Shown here: piece after piece, positions 46,697 through 56,488 of the stretch
Numbering within the stretch: position 1 is the stretch's first letter
Layout: each line of letters opens with the position of its first letter
Assembly (NCBI GenBank): GCA_963704725.1
Contig: OY969934.1
Coordinates: forward strand, 704,001-768,000
Source of the DNA: an uncultured Actinomycetes bacterium
GTDB taxonomy: Bacteria; Actinomycetota; UBA4738; HRBIN12
Direction of reading: 5' to 3'
DNA: 64,000 nucleotides
The notes under the pieces: generated by a model
Told to the model about the DNA's origin: nothing
What the model saw: the letters and a program-made list of their open reading frames with translations, nothing else
The model's database searches: none
Made by a program: the position numbers and the translations under genes

Positions 46697-47023
46697 ATGG
46701 ATGCCAAGGGAACGATTTCGCTCGTGCTGATCGGTCTCGGGGCGGTCGCGGCAGGCGGTCTCGGCCTGCGGCTCCCGGCCGGGGATCGGATCGCGGCGGG
46801 TCTGGCGCTGGTGGTCGGGGCGGGCGTCGGCGTGATCGCCGTCGCGATCGGCTCGCAGCTTGTGGCGGATACGCCGGAGAGCTACGAGACGGTCCTCGTC
46901 GCCGCCTCGGCGCTCGGATTCGTCGCGACGGTGATGAGCCTGGCCGTGCTGTGGCACGGGACCGAACGGGAACGGCCCCGCTCGCGCGGGGCCGTTCGTT
47001 CGGATCCGGGTGGTGCTACGTGA
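46697..47023 (+). CDS. Small membrane protein
   Basis: Three hydrophobic segments from ATG 46697. Confidence 0.6.
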   Translation: MDAKGTISLVLIGLGAVAAGGLGLRLPAGDRIAAGLALVVGAGVGVIAVAIGSQLVADTPESYETVLVAASALGFVATVMSLAVLWHGTERERPRSRGAVRSDPGGAT

Positions 47024-47753
47024 TGTCTCGCCGCCGCATCATCGCCCCACCCGCCGCGATCGCCACGAGCGCGTAGCCGCCGAGCACCAGCGCGCCCAGA
47101 CCCGGCGAGAGCACGTCGGCAGGGTTGATGCCGACGACGGCGAACCCGGCCTCGCCTGGGAAGTACCTCGCGACGGAGGGCACGAGGCCCGACAGGAGGC
47201 CCTCGCCGGCGAGCACCCAGATCAGCGTCCCGGCGACCGCCGCCACCTGGTGGCGAACCGCCAGGCCAAGCCCCACGCCGATCGACGTCCACAGCGCGGT
47301 CGCGCCGAGGAGCCGCCCGGCGACCTCGGCCAGCGCGCTCGCCGACCATGTGATCTCCACGCCCTTGCCGATCAGCAGCGGCACCCCGACCGCGATCGAG
47401 ACCGCCGTCGCCGCCGACGCGAGCACGAGGCCGCCGGCCGCCACCGTCACGAGCTTGGCGCCGAGCACCCGCCGGCGGTTCGGGCTGGCGAGCAGCGTGG
47501 GAACGATGGAGCCGAAGCGGAACTCGTCCGTGAACGCGCGGACACCGAGCAGCAGCGCGAACACCGGCGCGAGCGACAGCGCCACGTGCAGGAACGACTG
47601 CTCCTGCAGCGGCGCGGCCAGGTCGGCGCCGCGGCCGTCGGTGACGATCGCCACCACGCCCAGCGTGACGATCGCCAGCAGCCCGCCGAGCATCGCGTAC
47701 GCGCTGCGGGTGGTCGTCAGCTTGCGGAGCTCCGACGCGATCTGATCCCTCAT
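47016..47753 (-). CDS. ABC-2 type transporter permease
   Basis: SELRKL.TTRS, EFRFG....TLL..P.R, six TM segments. Confidence 0.85.
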   Translation of the reverse strand: MRDQIASELRKLTTTRSAYAMLGGLLAIVTLGVVAIVTDGRGADLAAPLQEQSFLHVALSLAPVFALLLGVRAFTDEFRFGSIVPTLLASPNRRRVLGAKLVTVAAGGLVLASAATAVSIAVGVPLLIGKGVEITWSASALAEVAGRLLGATALWTSIGVGLGLAVRHQVAAVAGTLIWVLAGEGLLSGLVPSVARYFPGEAGFAVVGINPADVLSPGLGALVLGGYALVAIAAGGAMMRRRDIT

Positions 47754-48691
47754 TGTGCGTCCTCCTCGGTGAGCTCGAGGAACGCGTCCTCGAGGCTGGT
47801 CGACTCCTCCGCCAGTCCGAACACCGGCACGCGGGCCTCGAACGCGAGCGTTCCCACACGCTCGGCGTCGGCACCGGAGACCCGCAGCGCGCCGTCGCCG
47901 TCCGTCGCGACCCCGAACCCGCGCTCGCGCAGGACGGCGGCGAACCGGGTTGCCTCCGGCGTGACCACGCGGAGCTCGTTCGAGCTCCTGGTCAGCTCGG
48001 CCAGGGGCGCCTGCCGGATCAGGCGGCCCTTGTTGATGACGATGGCCTCGTCCGCGAGCTGCGCCATCTCCGCGAGCACGTGGCTCGAGACGAGCACGGC
48101 GTTGCCCTCGGCCGCGAAGCCTCGGAGCAGATCGCGCAGCCACCGGATCCCCTGGGGGTCCAGCCCGTTCGCCGGCTCGTCCAGGACCAGGACCCTGGGC
48201 TCGCCGAGCAGCGCCCCGGCGAGCCCGAGCCGCTGGCGCATGCCGAGCGAGTACGTGCCGGCCGAGCGCCGCGCCGCCGCCGCCAGCCCCACCTGCTCGA
48301 GGACCTCGTCGACCCGCCGCTGCGGGATCGCCGACGCCGACGCCAGCGCCCGGAGGTGGTTGCGGCCGCTCCGCAGCGGGTTGAAGCTCTGCGTCTCGAG
48401 CAGGGCCCCGACCGTTCGCGCCGGCCGGGGCAAGCTCCGGTACGGCATCCCCAGGACGGTGGCCGTGCCCGCCGTGGGGGCCACGAGCCCGAGGACGATC
48501 CGCAGCGTCGTGCTCTTGCCGGCGCCGTTGGGTCCCAGGAACCCCGTGACCTCGCCCGGGCGGACCTCGAAGGTGAGGTCGTCGACCGCCGTCACGGATC
48601 GGAACCGTTTCGAGACGCCGCGGACCGAGATCGCCGGCGACCCGATCGGTCCCCGTCCCGCTCCCGTCGATCCGATGGAGCTCGTCGCCAT
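47750..48691 (-). CDS. ABC transporter ATP-binding protein
   Basis: GPNGAGKST, YSLGMRQR, LDEPANGLDP, SSH. Confidence 0.92.
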   Translation of the reverse strand: MATSSIGSTGAGRGPIGSPAISVRGVSKRFRSVTAVDDLTFEVRPGEVTGFLGPNGAGKSTTLRIVLGLVAPTAGTATVLGMPYRSLPRPARTVGALLETQSFNPLRSGRNHLRALASASAIPQRRVDEVLEQVGLAAAARRSAGTYSLGMRQRLGLAGALLGEPRVLVLDEPANGLDPQGIRWLRDLLRGFAAEGNAVLVSSHVLAEMAQLADEAIVINKGRLIRQAPLAELTRSSNELRVVTPEATRFAAVLRERGFGVATDGDGALRVSGADAERVGTLAFEARVPVFGLAEESTSLEDAFLELTEEDAQ

Positions 48692-48782
48692 CGCGTTGCC
48701 TCCTTCCACCGTCGTGATCCGTCGGCTCCGACGCTAGGGAGGCGGCGGCGCCGCGGCGTCGGCCCGGAGTGCGAAACCGGAG

Positions 48783-48819
48783 GTCGTGCCGGGGGAGGAG
48801 GGGTCGTCCCGGAGGAGGA
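48783..48819. promoter_or_regulatory. Direct repeats, probable response-regulator sites upstream of the ABC operon
   Basis: GTCGTGCCGGGGGAGGA and GTCGTCCCGGAGGAGGA, 20-bp period. Confidence 0.45.
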
Positions 48820-49482
48820 TCAGGCGCCGGGCTGGACGAGGCCGGACTCGTATGCGAGGACGACGGCCTGGGCGCGGTCGCGGAGCCGGAGCTTGTGGAG
48901 CACGCGCCCGACGTGCGTCTTCACGGTGGTCTCGGCGACGTACAGGGAGCCCGCGATCTCGGTGTTGGAGAGGCCGCGTGCCATGAGGACGAGCACCTCG
49001 CGCTCGCGGTCGGTGAGCTCGCCGAGCTCGACCGCGGTGGCCGCCGGGGCTCGCGTCGCGAACTCCTCGATCAGCCGGCGCGTCACGGAGGGCGCGAGCA
49101 GCGCGTCGCCGGAGGCGACCACGCGGACGGCCGCGACGAGCTCCTCGGACGGACGGTCCTTCAGCAGGAACCCGCTCGCGCCGGCCCGGAGCGCCTCGAA
49201 CACGTACTCGTCGAGGTCGAACGTCGTCAGGATGAGGACCCGGCCCGGCGGCTCGAGGGCGGTGAGCCGGCGCGTCGCCTCGATCCCGTCCATCGTCGGC
49301 ATCCGCACGTCCATCACGACGACGTCGGGGCGGAGGGTGCCGAACTGGCGGACGGCGTCCGCGCCGTCGATCGCCTCGCCCACCACCTCGAGGTCGTCCT
49401 GCGCGTCCAGGATCATCCGGAACCCCGTGCGCATGAGGGCCTGGTCGTCGGCGACGAGGATCCTGATCGGCTCACCGCTCAT
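48820..49482 (-). CDS. NarL/LuxR family response regulator
   Basis: VADDQ, MDVRMP..DG, LTTFD, GASGFLLK, LT.REREVL. Confidence 0.93.
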   Translation of the reverse strand: MSGEPIRILVADDQALMRTGFRMILDAQDDLEVVGEAIDGADAVRQFGTLRPDVVVMDVRMPTMDGIEATRRLTALEPPGRVLILTTFDLDEYVFEALRAGASGFLLKDRPSEELVAAVRVVASGDALLAPSVTRRLIEEFATRAPAATAVELGELTDREREVLVLMARGLSNTEIAGSLYVAETTVKTHVGRVLHKLRLRDRAQAVVLAYESGLVQPGA

Positions 49483-50627
49483 GCCGGTTCCGTCCCGTCC
49501 GATGGGAGGCGGGCCCGGACGAGGAATCCGCCGCCCGGACGCGGCCCGGTCTCGAGCTCGCCGCCGTAGAGCTGGACGCGCTCGCGCATCCCGACGAGCC
49601 CGTGGCCGCCGGCGCCGTCGGCGGTCGTCCCGGGGCCGTCGTCGACGACCTCGATCTCCACCGCGTCCGCCGCGTAGCGAAGGAGCACCCGGGCGCTCGC
49701 CCCGCCGGCGTGCTTGAGCGCGTTCGTCAAGGCCTCCTGCAGGATGCGGTAGGCGGACAGGTCGACGCCGGGCGGCAGCGTCCGCGGAACGCCCTCGATC
49801 ACCGCCTCGACGGGCAGGCCGGTCGCCCGCATGCCCTCGAGGAGCTCGTCGAGGCGAGCCAGCCCCGGCTGGGGGGCCCGGCCGTCCTGCCCCTCCTCGG
49901 CCTTGAGGATCTCGAGCAGGCGCCGCATCTCCGCCAGCCCGGCGCGTCCGGAGACCTCGATCTGGCGCAGCGCCTCCGCGGCCGCGGGGGGATCCGTTTC
50001 GCCGACCGCCCGCGCCGCGCCGGCCTGCACGACCATCACGCTCATGTGGTGGGCCACGACGTCGTGGAGCTCGCGCGCGATGCGCGCCCGCTCCGCGCCG
50101 ACGGCCTCGCGCGCCGCGAGCTCCCGGTCCCGGGCGACGCGCCGGCGGCGATTGAACGTCATGCGGCCGAGCACGAGGGGGATCGCGAACGTCACCACGA
50201 GGTCGGACAGGATCTCGACCCCGTCCAGGCCACGGTCGGCGTGCTCGCCGACGCCGATCGCGACGGAGGCCGCCACGACCACCGGGATCACGACGGGCAG
50301 GAGCCGGTGGCGCTCGCGATACGCGGCGGCCGAGTACATCGCCACCCACAGCAGGAAGACGAACTCGGGCCAGTAGCCGAACAGGGACGCCGTGGCCACC
50401 GCCGCGGCCACGACGGTGAGGACGACCAGCGGGGCCCGTCGGCGCCACGCGATCGACAGGCCGGCGACCAGGATGAGCCCGATCCCGGCGACGTCGGGAG
50501 GCTCGTCCGGCATGTGGGCTCGGGAGGCGAACCCCAGCACGCTCCCGGAGATGAGGCCGAACGCGAAGAGCCCGTCCCAGATCCGGTGGTCGACCCGCCG
50601 GAGACGATCCCACCACCCGCCGTCCAC
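49479..50627 (-). CDS. HisKA_3 sensor histidine kinase
   Basis: TM region, ERARIARELHDVVAH, QEALTN..KH, DDG.G, G.GL.GMRER. Confidence 0.93.
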   Translation of the reverse strand: MDGGWWDRLRRVDHRIWDGLFAFGLISGSVLGFASRAHMPDEPPDVAGIGLILVAGLSIAWRRRAPLVVLTVVAAAVATASLFGYWPEFVFLLWVAMYSAAAYRERHRLLPVVIPVVVAASVAIGVGEHADRGLDGVEILSDLVVTFAIPLVLGRMTFNRRRRVARDRELAAREAVGAERARIARELHDVVAHHMSVMVVQAGAARAVGETDPPAAAEALRQIEVSGRAGLAEMRRLLEILKAEEGQDGRAPQPGLARLDELLEGMRATGLPVEAVIEGVPRTLPPGVDLSAYRILQEALTNALKHAGGASARVLLRYAADAVEIEVVDDGPGTTADGAGGHGLVGMRERVQLYGGELETGPRPGGGFLVRARLPSDGTEPA

Positions 50628-50658
50628 GGATCGAACGGTACCCGGAGGCTCCCGGGTC

Positions 50659-50679
50659 GTCGTCCTCCCCGAGGACGAC
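50659..50679. promoter_or_regulatory. Perfect palindrome upstream of the kinase gene
   Basis: GTCGTCCTC-ccc-GAGGACGAC. Confidence 0.55.
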
Positions 50680-50703
50680 CCCGAAGTCCGACCGGATGAC
50701 GTG

Positions 50704-50877
50704 CTAGGCGGCGACGTCCATCGCGAACCCGCTGCACGCGCACTCGGAGTACAGGCACCGGCGAAGGTCGTCGTCGCAGTGCAGGAACTCCGCGTGCGTG
50801 CAGAGCGCGCAGGGGGTCCGGTTGATGCCCGGTCGCTCGATCGCCGCGTGATGCCCGTAGCCGGCCTGCGTCTGCAT
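50704..50877 (-). CDS. Small Cys/His-rich putative metal-binding protein
   Basis: CALCTHAEFLH...RCLYSECACSGF. Confidence 0.55.
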   Translation of the reverse strand: MQTQAGYGHHAAIERPGINRTPCALCTHAEFLHCDDDLRRCLYSECACSGFAMDVAA

Positions 50878-50961
50878 GCAGAGCACCGTACGTCGATGGG
50901 GGGACCCTGCCATCGGGCGAACGGCTCGGCGGACGTGCGATCGGCCAGACCCGGTTACGTC

Positions 50962-51372
50962 CTATGCCACGGGGACGAGGGCGATCGCCGGGATCCGGCG
51001 TTTGGCCTTCGCGGGGTACTCGGCGAACCCCGGGCGGCGCTCGACCTGACGCGCGTAGAGCGCGTCGCGCTCGTCGTCGTCCTCGACGTCGATCGCCCGC
51101 ACCGGGACGGTCCGCGTGCCGATCTCCACCGTCGCGTCCGGGTTGGCCCGCAGGTTGTAGTACCAATCGGGATGGGTCGTCGCGCCGCCCTTCGTGCCGA
51201 ACACCACGAAGCGGTCGCCGTCCGGCAGGTACACGAGCGGCCTCACGCGCTCGAGGCCGGTCCTTGCCCCGGTGCAGTGGAGCAGCAGCAACGTCGCGCC
51301 CTCGAAGAACCCGCCCACCCTGCCCTCGTTCGCGCGGAACTCCTCGATGATGCCCACGTTGTGGTCGACCAT
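50962..51372 (-). CDS. Deazaflavin (F420)-dependent nitroreductase family protein
   Basis: IEEFRANEG.VGG, G..TG..R..PL, GG...HPDWY.NL.ANP, RRIP. Confidence 0.9.
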   Translation of the reverse strand: MVDHNVGIIEEFRANEGRVGGFFEGATLLLLHCTGARTGLERVRPLVYLPDGDRFVVFGTKGGATTHPDWYYNLRANPDATVEIGTRTVPVRAIDVEDDDERDALYARQVERRPGFAEYPAKAKRRIPAIALVPVA

Positions 51373-51443
51373 GTCTCCGTCTCCCCGCTCGCGTCGTCAG
51401 CGGACAACACCAGTCGGCGCGGCTTCGTTCCCAGCGGGAGCGG

Positions 51444-51845
51444 TCAGGAGCGGGCGGCGGTCCGGAACGTGCGACCGCACGTCGTGCACTTCATGGTCTT
51501 GCGCGCACCGGGTCCCGCGTGCGTGTAGGGCTGCGTCCGGTCCGAGCCGCAGTACGGGCACTCGGGACGGATCGACGCCGCCGCTCGCTGGTCCCGGGTG
51601 ACCCACTCGTCCTCGAGCTCGACCACGGCGCCCGCCGCCTCCAGGACGGCGCGCGCCCGCTCGGCGCGCTCCATCGAGGCCTTGCGCACCGCGACGAACG
51701 GCAGCTCGAGCTCCTCGAGCGGGACGGGCTTCGTGGACAGGAGGTCGAGGACCTCGGAGACGTCGGCCTCGCGGCCGGGGGACCAGCCGGTGAGGACCAC
51801 GCTCGCCCCGCGGATCTCGTCGGGGTGCCGCGCTCGGTCGCTCAT
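51444..51845 (-). CDS. Hypothetical protein: L7/L12-CTD-like segment + zinc ribbon
   Basis: AE.AR..LEAAGAVVEL; CPYCGS...CTTCG.TF. Confidence 0.65.
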   Translation of the reverse strand: MSDRARHPDEIRGASVVLTGWSPGREADVSEVLDLLSTKPVPLEELELPFVAVRKASMERAERARAVLEAAGAVVELEDEWVTRDQRAAASIRPECPYCGSDRTQPYTHAGPGARKTMKCTTCGRTFRTAARS

Positions 51846-51934
51846 CGCTGCAGACAGCTTACGCCGCCGAGGATGGACCGAAGGTCGCGAAGCCGCGCGC
51901 CTCCGCCGGTTCCCGCGAGCCTCGCTCGCGGCGC

Positions 51935-54601
51935 TCAGGCGCCGGCGGCGAAGCGCGACAGGCGCTCGAACGCCTCGGAGTACTCGGAGGGCTCGAAGCA
52001 GTACCGCAGGGTGAGGAAGCGGCTCCGCAGGCTCCGGACCTTCGCTGTCCGGTCGGCGTCGTCGACGATCACGTCGCGCAGGAGCCCGGCGAGCTCGCCG
52101 AAGTCGTGCTCGGTCATGCCGAACCGGGTCATCTCCGAGACGCCCAGCCGCAGCCCGCTCGAGGCCGTGAAGCTCTCGTCCTCGGGCAGGGCCTGGTAGT
52201 TGCAGATGACGTTGTTGGCCTCGAGGCGGCGGGCGACCTCGGCCCCCCGCCCGTAGCCGACCCGAACCAGCACCTGGTGGGTCTGCGTGTAGCCGATCGC
52301 GGGGTCGCCCTCCACCTCGAGCCCGGCCTCGGCCAGGGCACGGGCGAAGGCCTTGGCGTTCGCGACGACCCGCGGCTGGTACTCGTCCTTGAACGCGTTC
52401 ATCTCGTACGCCGCCATGAGCAGGCCGACCAGCGTTCCGAGGTGGTGGTTGGAGACGGCGCCGGGGAACGCCCGGCTGCGGATCGAGTTCCACAGCGCGT
52501 ATCGCTCCTCGTCCTCGCGCATCCGCCCGGCCACGATCCCGCGCTGGGTCCCGAAGAACGTCTTGTGGGTCGAGCCGGTGACCAGGTCGGCGCCCTCGGC
52601 GAACGGCTCCTGGAAGTGCGGGCCCACCAGGCCGAGCACGTGGGCCATGTCGTACATCACGACCGCGTCGATCTCGCGCTCGTCCAGGAACCGGCGGACC
52701 TCGGCCACGGGCTCCGTGTGCAGCACCATGCTCTTGCCGAACACGATGAGCTCGGGACGGAACTCCTCGATGAGCTGGAGCGTCGCCGGGACGTCGATCT
52801 TGTACGGGTTGTCGGCGAGCACGGGGAAGTTCACGACGGCCGGGCGCTCGGTGTGAGGGTCGCGGGCCACGAAGTCCTTCAGGGCGCCCATGGGCTGGGC
52901 CGAGAGATGGCCGCCCCGGCCGATGTGGTTGTTCATCACCCGGCGGATCCGGCGGGGCTCGCTGCGGCGGTCGGCGCGGTTGAGGTAGTCGACCATCGCG
53001 CTGAACACCGTCGTGTTGGCCATCTGTCCGCTGACCGGGCGCGCCTCGATCTCCTCGGCCCCGAGGAACTCGCGGAGCTGGTCCTGGACGAGCCGCTCGA
53101 CCTCGGCGATGAACTCGGTGCCCTGGTAATAGAAGACCTCGGCGTCGTGGAAGGCGGGCAGCGCCCGGTGCTCGGCGTACCGGAACACCGGGTCCGAGAT
53201 CTGCAGCAGCCGGACCATCGGCGAGACCGTCATCTCCGACGGGATGAGGTTGATGCACTCGCGCTGCCGCCACGTGGTGTTGGTCGCGGCCTGCTCGAGC
53301 AGCCGGCGGATCTCGCTCCGGCCGGTCGTCACCGGCGGAGCGGGCAGGACCACACGCTCCTGCGGCTCGGCGACGATGGGCCGGGCGTAGGGAGGCGCCT
53401 CCGAACGCAGGTGGAACTCGACGATCCGGCCCTGCACGAGCTTGCCCCGGACGTCGATCGCGACCTCCGTCCCCTCCAGGAGCTCGGAGTCCACGTAGGC
53501 CAGGCAGATCGCCCGCGTCCGGTGCTCGCCCGTCGGCTCCGAGGTCTCGTCGTCGCCGTCGAACACCCAGTACGGCACGGCCGTTCCGCTCGTCACGGTG
53601 CCGACGTCGCGGCCGTCCACGAAGACCTTGGCGTGGGCCCGGGCGATGCCCCGGCCCGTCACGGCGATCGGCCGGATCATCCGGGGGAGCGCCTCGAGAT
53701 CCGAGAAGTCGCGGTGCAGGATGCGCGCCGCCGTCCGGGACTGTCGCTTGATGGCCTCGCGGCCGATGAAGTGCCGCTTCTGCGCGGCCAGGCTCACGCC
53801 GAACCGGGTGAGAGGGACGGCCATGATCGGGATCTCGCCGCCGTCGGGGCTCGGGCCGAGCTCGTCCCCGTAGAGCGGCAGGGCGGCCTCGAGCCGGAGC
53901 GTGTCCCGCGCCGCGAGGCCGCACGGGTTGGCGCCGCGCCCCACCAGGAGCTCCCAGAGCTTGAGGCCGTCGTCGCGGTCGACGAAGAGCTCGAAGCCGA
54001 TCGGCTCGCCCGTGTAGCCGGTCCGGCCGACCCGCACGGTCGCGCCGGCGATCTCGGCCACGCTCGCGGCGTTGCGGACCGGATCGGGGAGGCGACCCCC
54101 GGTCACGATGGACTCAAGCAGGTCGTGCGACGCCGGCCCCTGCAGCGCCAGCATGACGACCTCGTGCGTCGCGTCCGTGAGCTCGACGCCGTCGATCAGC
54201 TGGGTCTGCAGGTGCGCCCAGTCCTTGAGCCGGTTCGAGGCGTTCACCACGAGGAGATAGCCCTCGTCGTCGAACCGGTACAGGTACGCGTCGTCGAGGG
54301 CGCCGCCGTGCTCGTTGGGGATCAGGGTGTACTGCGCGGAGGTCGGCCGGCCGTCGAGGGCCTCGGCGTTGTTCGTCAGGACGTGCTGGAGGAACTCGAG
54401 GGCTCGCTCGCCCCGGACCGTGAACCGGCCCATGTGCGAGACGTCGAACAGACCGGCGTGGCCGCGCACGGCCAGGTGCTCCTGGATCGTCCCCGTCGGG
54501 TACTGCAGCGGCATCTCCCAGCCGCCGAACTCGGTGAGCTTGGCCCCGAGCGCGACGTGCCGGTCGTGGAAGATCGTCCGGTCCGAGGCGGGTGCGCTCA
54601 T
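51935..54601 (-). CDS. gcvT: GcvT aminomethyltransferase - serine hydroxymethyltransferase fusion
   Basis: FGGWEMP, LFDVSHMG, RTGYTGE, ARDTLRLEA; then INLIPSE, SGQMAN, GGHLS, YDMAH, GSTHKT, GLRLG. Confidence 0.9.
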   Translation of the reverse strand: MSAPASDRTIFHDRHVALGAKLTEFGGWEMPLQYPTGTIQEHLAVRGHAGLFDVSHMGRFTVRGERALEFLQHVLTNNAEALDGRPTSAQYTLIPNEHGGALDDAYLYRFDDEGYLLVVNASNRLKDWAHLQTQLIDGVELTDATHEVVMLALQGPASHDLLESIVTGGRLPDPVRNAASVAEIAGATVRVGRTGYTGEPIGFELFVDRDDGLKLWELLVGRGANPCGLAARDTLRLEAALPLYGDELGPSPDGGEIPIMAVPLTRFGVSLAAQKRHFIGREAIKRQSRTAARILHRDFSDLEALPRMIRPIAVTGRGIARAHAKVFVDGRDVGTVTSGTAVPYWVFDGDDETSEPTGEHRTRAICLAYVDSELLEGTEVAIDVRGKLVQGRIVEFHLRSEAPPYARPIVAEPQERVVLPAPPVTTGRSEIRRLLEQAATNTTWRQRECINLIPSEMTVSPMVRLLQISDPVFRYAEHRALPAFHDAEVFYYQGTEFIAEVERLVQDQLREFLGAEEIEARPVSGQMANTTVFSAMVDYLNRADRRSEPRRIRRVMNNHIGRGGHLSAQPMGALKDFVARDPHTERPAVVNFPVLADNPYKIDVPATLQLIEEFRPELIVFGKSMVLHTEPVAEVRRFLDEREIDAVVMYDMAHVLGLVGPHFQEPFAEGADLVTGSTHKTFFGTQRGIVAGRMREDEERYALWNSIRSRAFPGAVSNHHLGTLVGLLMAAYEMNAFKDEYQPRVVANAKAFARALAEAGLEVEGDPAIGYTQTHQVLVRVGYGRGAEVARRLEANNVICNYQALPEDESFTASSGLRLGVSEMTRFGMTEHDFGELAGLLRDVIVDDADRTAKVRSLRSRFLTLRYCFEPSEYSEAFERLSRFAAGA

Positions 54602-54658
54602 GCGGCGGAGTCTAGCGCGGGCCCTCGGCCCTCCCCCCGGCCCGCACCGGCGAGGGCG

Positions 54659-56488
54659 TCACGACCGCGCGGAGCCGACGTTGCCGAGCCAGCTCCGGAA
54701 CAGCCCGGCGTAGACGCCGCCGGCGCCGACGAGCTCCGCGTGCGTGCCGCGCTCCACGATGCGTCCCGCGTCGACCACGAAGATCTCCTCCGCCCCCTCG
54801 GCCGTGGAGAGCCGGTGGGCGATCGTGATCGAGGTCCGGCCGGTCGAGAGCCGTCGGAGCGCCTCCGTGATGCGGCGCTCGGTCGCCGGATCGACCGCGC
54901 TCGTCGCCTCGTCCAGGATCAGGAGGCCGGGGTCCCCGATCTGGGCGCGCGCCAGGGAGACGAGCTGCCGCTCCCCGACGGACAGGCTCTCGCCGCGCTC
55001 GCCCACGCGGGTCTCGAGGCCGTCCGGCAGCGACGACACCCAGCCACCCAACCCGAGCTCCTCGAACGCGGTCTCGACCTCGCGGTCGGTCGCTCCCTCC
55101 CGCCCGGCGCGGACGTTCTCGCGCACGGTGAGGTCGAACAGGAAGCCGTCCTGCGGCACCATACGGATGGCGCGCTGCCTCGACGCCCTCGCTACCTCGC
55201 GGAGGTCGACGTCCTCGATCGTCACCCGGCCCTCGATCGGGTCGGCCAGCCGGGTCAGGAGCTTGACGAGCGTGGTCTTGCCCGAGCCGGTCTCGCCCAC
55301 GATCGCGACGTGTGCGCCGGCCGAGACCTCGAGCGAGACCTCGCGCAGCACGGCCGGGCCGTCGCCGTATCGGTAGGAGACGCGCTCCGTGCGAACGCCC
55401 AGGGCGCCCCTTCGGAGCTCGATGCCGGGCGAGGGCTCGGCGACGTCCACCGGAAGCTCCAGGAGCGCGAGGATCTTGCGCCATCCGGCGATCGCGGTCT
55501 GCGTGTCGGCGTAGATCTCGGGCAGGTCGGTGAACGGGTGCAGGAACAGGTCGGCCAGGAACAGGAAGGCCGAGACGCGGCCGAACGTCAGCCCCCACCG
55601 GGGTCCGAACCCCGCCCCGACCACGATCACCACCGAGAGGGCCAGCCCCCAGAAGATCGTGGCCATGGGGAACAGCGTCGCGGTCCGAAGGTGGGCCACG
55701 ACCTGGGCGTCGTATCGCTCGCGGATCGACCGCTTCACCCGCGTGTCCACCTGATCCTCGAGCCCGTAGGCCCGGACGACGGCCGCGCCCATCACGCTCT
55801 CGGAGACCTCGGACAGCATCTGCCCCACGCGGACCCGGACGAGGTCGTACGCGGCGGACAGGGATCCCTGGAGCTTGCCCATCACGAGCAGGAGCGGCCC
55901 GACGAGCAGGACGACGGGGATCGTGAGCTGCCACGAGTACACGAGCATCAGGCCCAGCGCGCCCACGATCTGGACGATCGAGACGATCCAGGCGATGCCG
56001 CCCCACTCGGTGAACTCGCTCAGCGTGTCGACGTCGGCCGTCACCCGCGCGACGAACACGCCGCGTCGCTCCCGGGTCTGCGTCGCGATCGAGAGCCGGT
56101 GGATGTGCTCGAACCCGCGGACCCGCAAACCGGCCAGCGCGGCCTCCGAGGCTCGCACCAGTCGGCGGGCCGCCGCTCGCCCGGCCAGGAAGGTCCCGGC
56201 GACGACGACGAGCGCCACCGTGCACCGCCCGAAGACGAAACCCGGGCGGAAGCCGCCGTCGAACCCGTGGTCGAAGATCTGCTGGACCAGGACGGGCGGC
56301 ACGAGGCCGGCGGTCGCCGCCGCGAGCGAGACCACGACCGTGAAGCCGAGGCCGGCGCGGAGCTCCGGGCTCATCCGCAGTCCCTGCACGAGCACGCTCC
56401 ACGCGCTCCGTAGATGAGCCGGGACCGGGAGGTCCTCGTCGTGCCCGGCCTCGGGCAGCACCACGTCGGGGACGGTGCTCGTGCTCAT
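54659..56488 (-). CDS. ABC exporter, fused TMD-NBD
   Basis: GETGSGKT, LSVGERQ, LDEATS, IAHRLST. Confidence 0.92.
   Translation of the reverse strand: MSTSTVPDVVLPEAGHDEDLPVPAHLRSAWSVLVQGLRMSPELRAGLGFTVVVSLAAATAGLVPPVLVQQIFDHGFDGGFRPGFVFGRCTVALVVVAGTFLAGRAAARRLVRASEAALAGLRVRGFEHIHRLSIATQTRERRGVFVARVTADVDTLSEFTEWGGIAWIVSIVQIVGALGLMLVYSWQLTIPVVLLVGPLLLVMGKLQGSLSAAYDLVRVRVGQMLSEVSESVMGAAVVRAYGLEDQVDTRVKRSIRERYDAQVVAHLRTATLFPMATIFWGLALSVVIVVGAGFGPRWGLTFGRVSAFLFLADLFLHPFTDLPEIYADTQTAIAGWRKILALLELPVDVAEPSPGIELRRGALGVRTERVSYRYGDGPAVLREVSLEVSAGAHVAIVGETGSGKTTLVKLLTRLADPIEGRVTIEDVDLREVARASRQRAIRMVPQDGFLFDLTVRENVRAGREGATDREVETAFEELGLGGWVSSLPDGLETRVGERGESLSVGERQLVSLARAQIGDPGLLILDEATSAVDPATERRITEALRRLSTGRTSITIAHRLSTAEGAEEIFVVDAGRIVERGTHAELVGAGGVYAGLFRSWLGNVGSARS

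Noticed and set aside
52106-56413. 1435-aa plus-strand ORF, and similar long ORFs at 10752-13937, 24012-26903 and 26777-29545
   Set aside because: Stop-poor shadow frames of real genes in high-GC DNA, with no motifs
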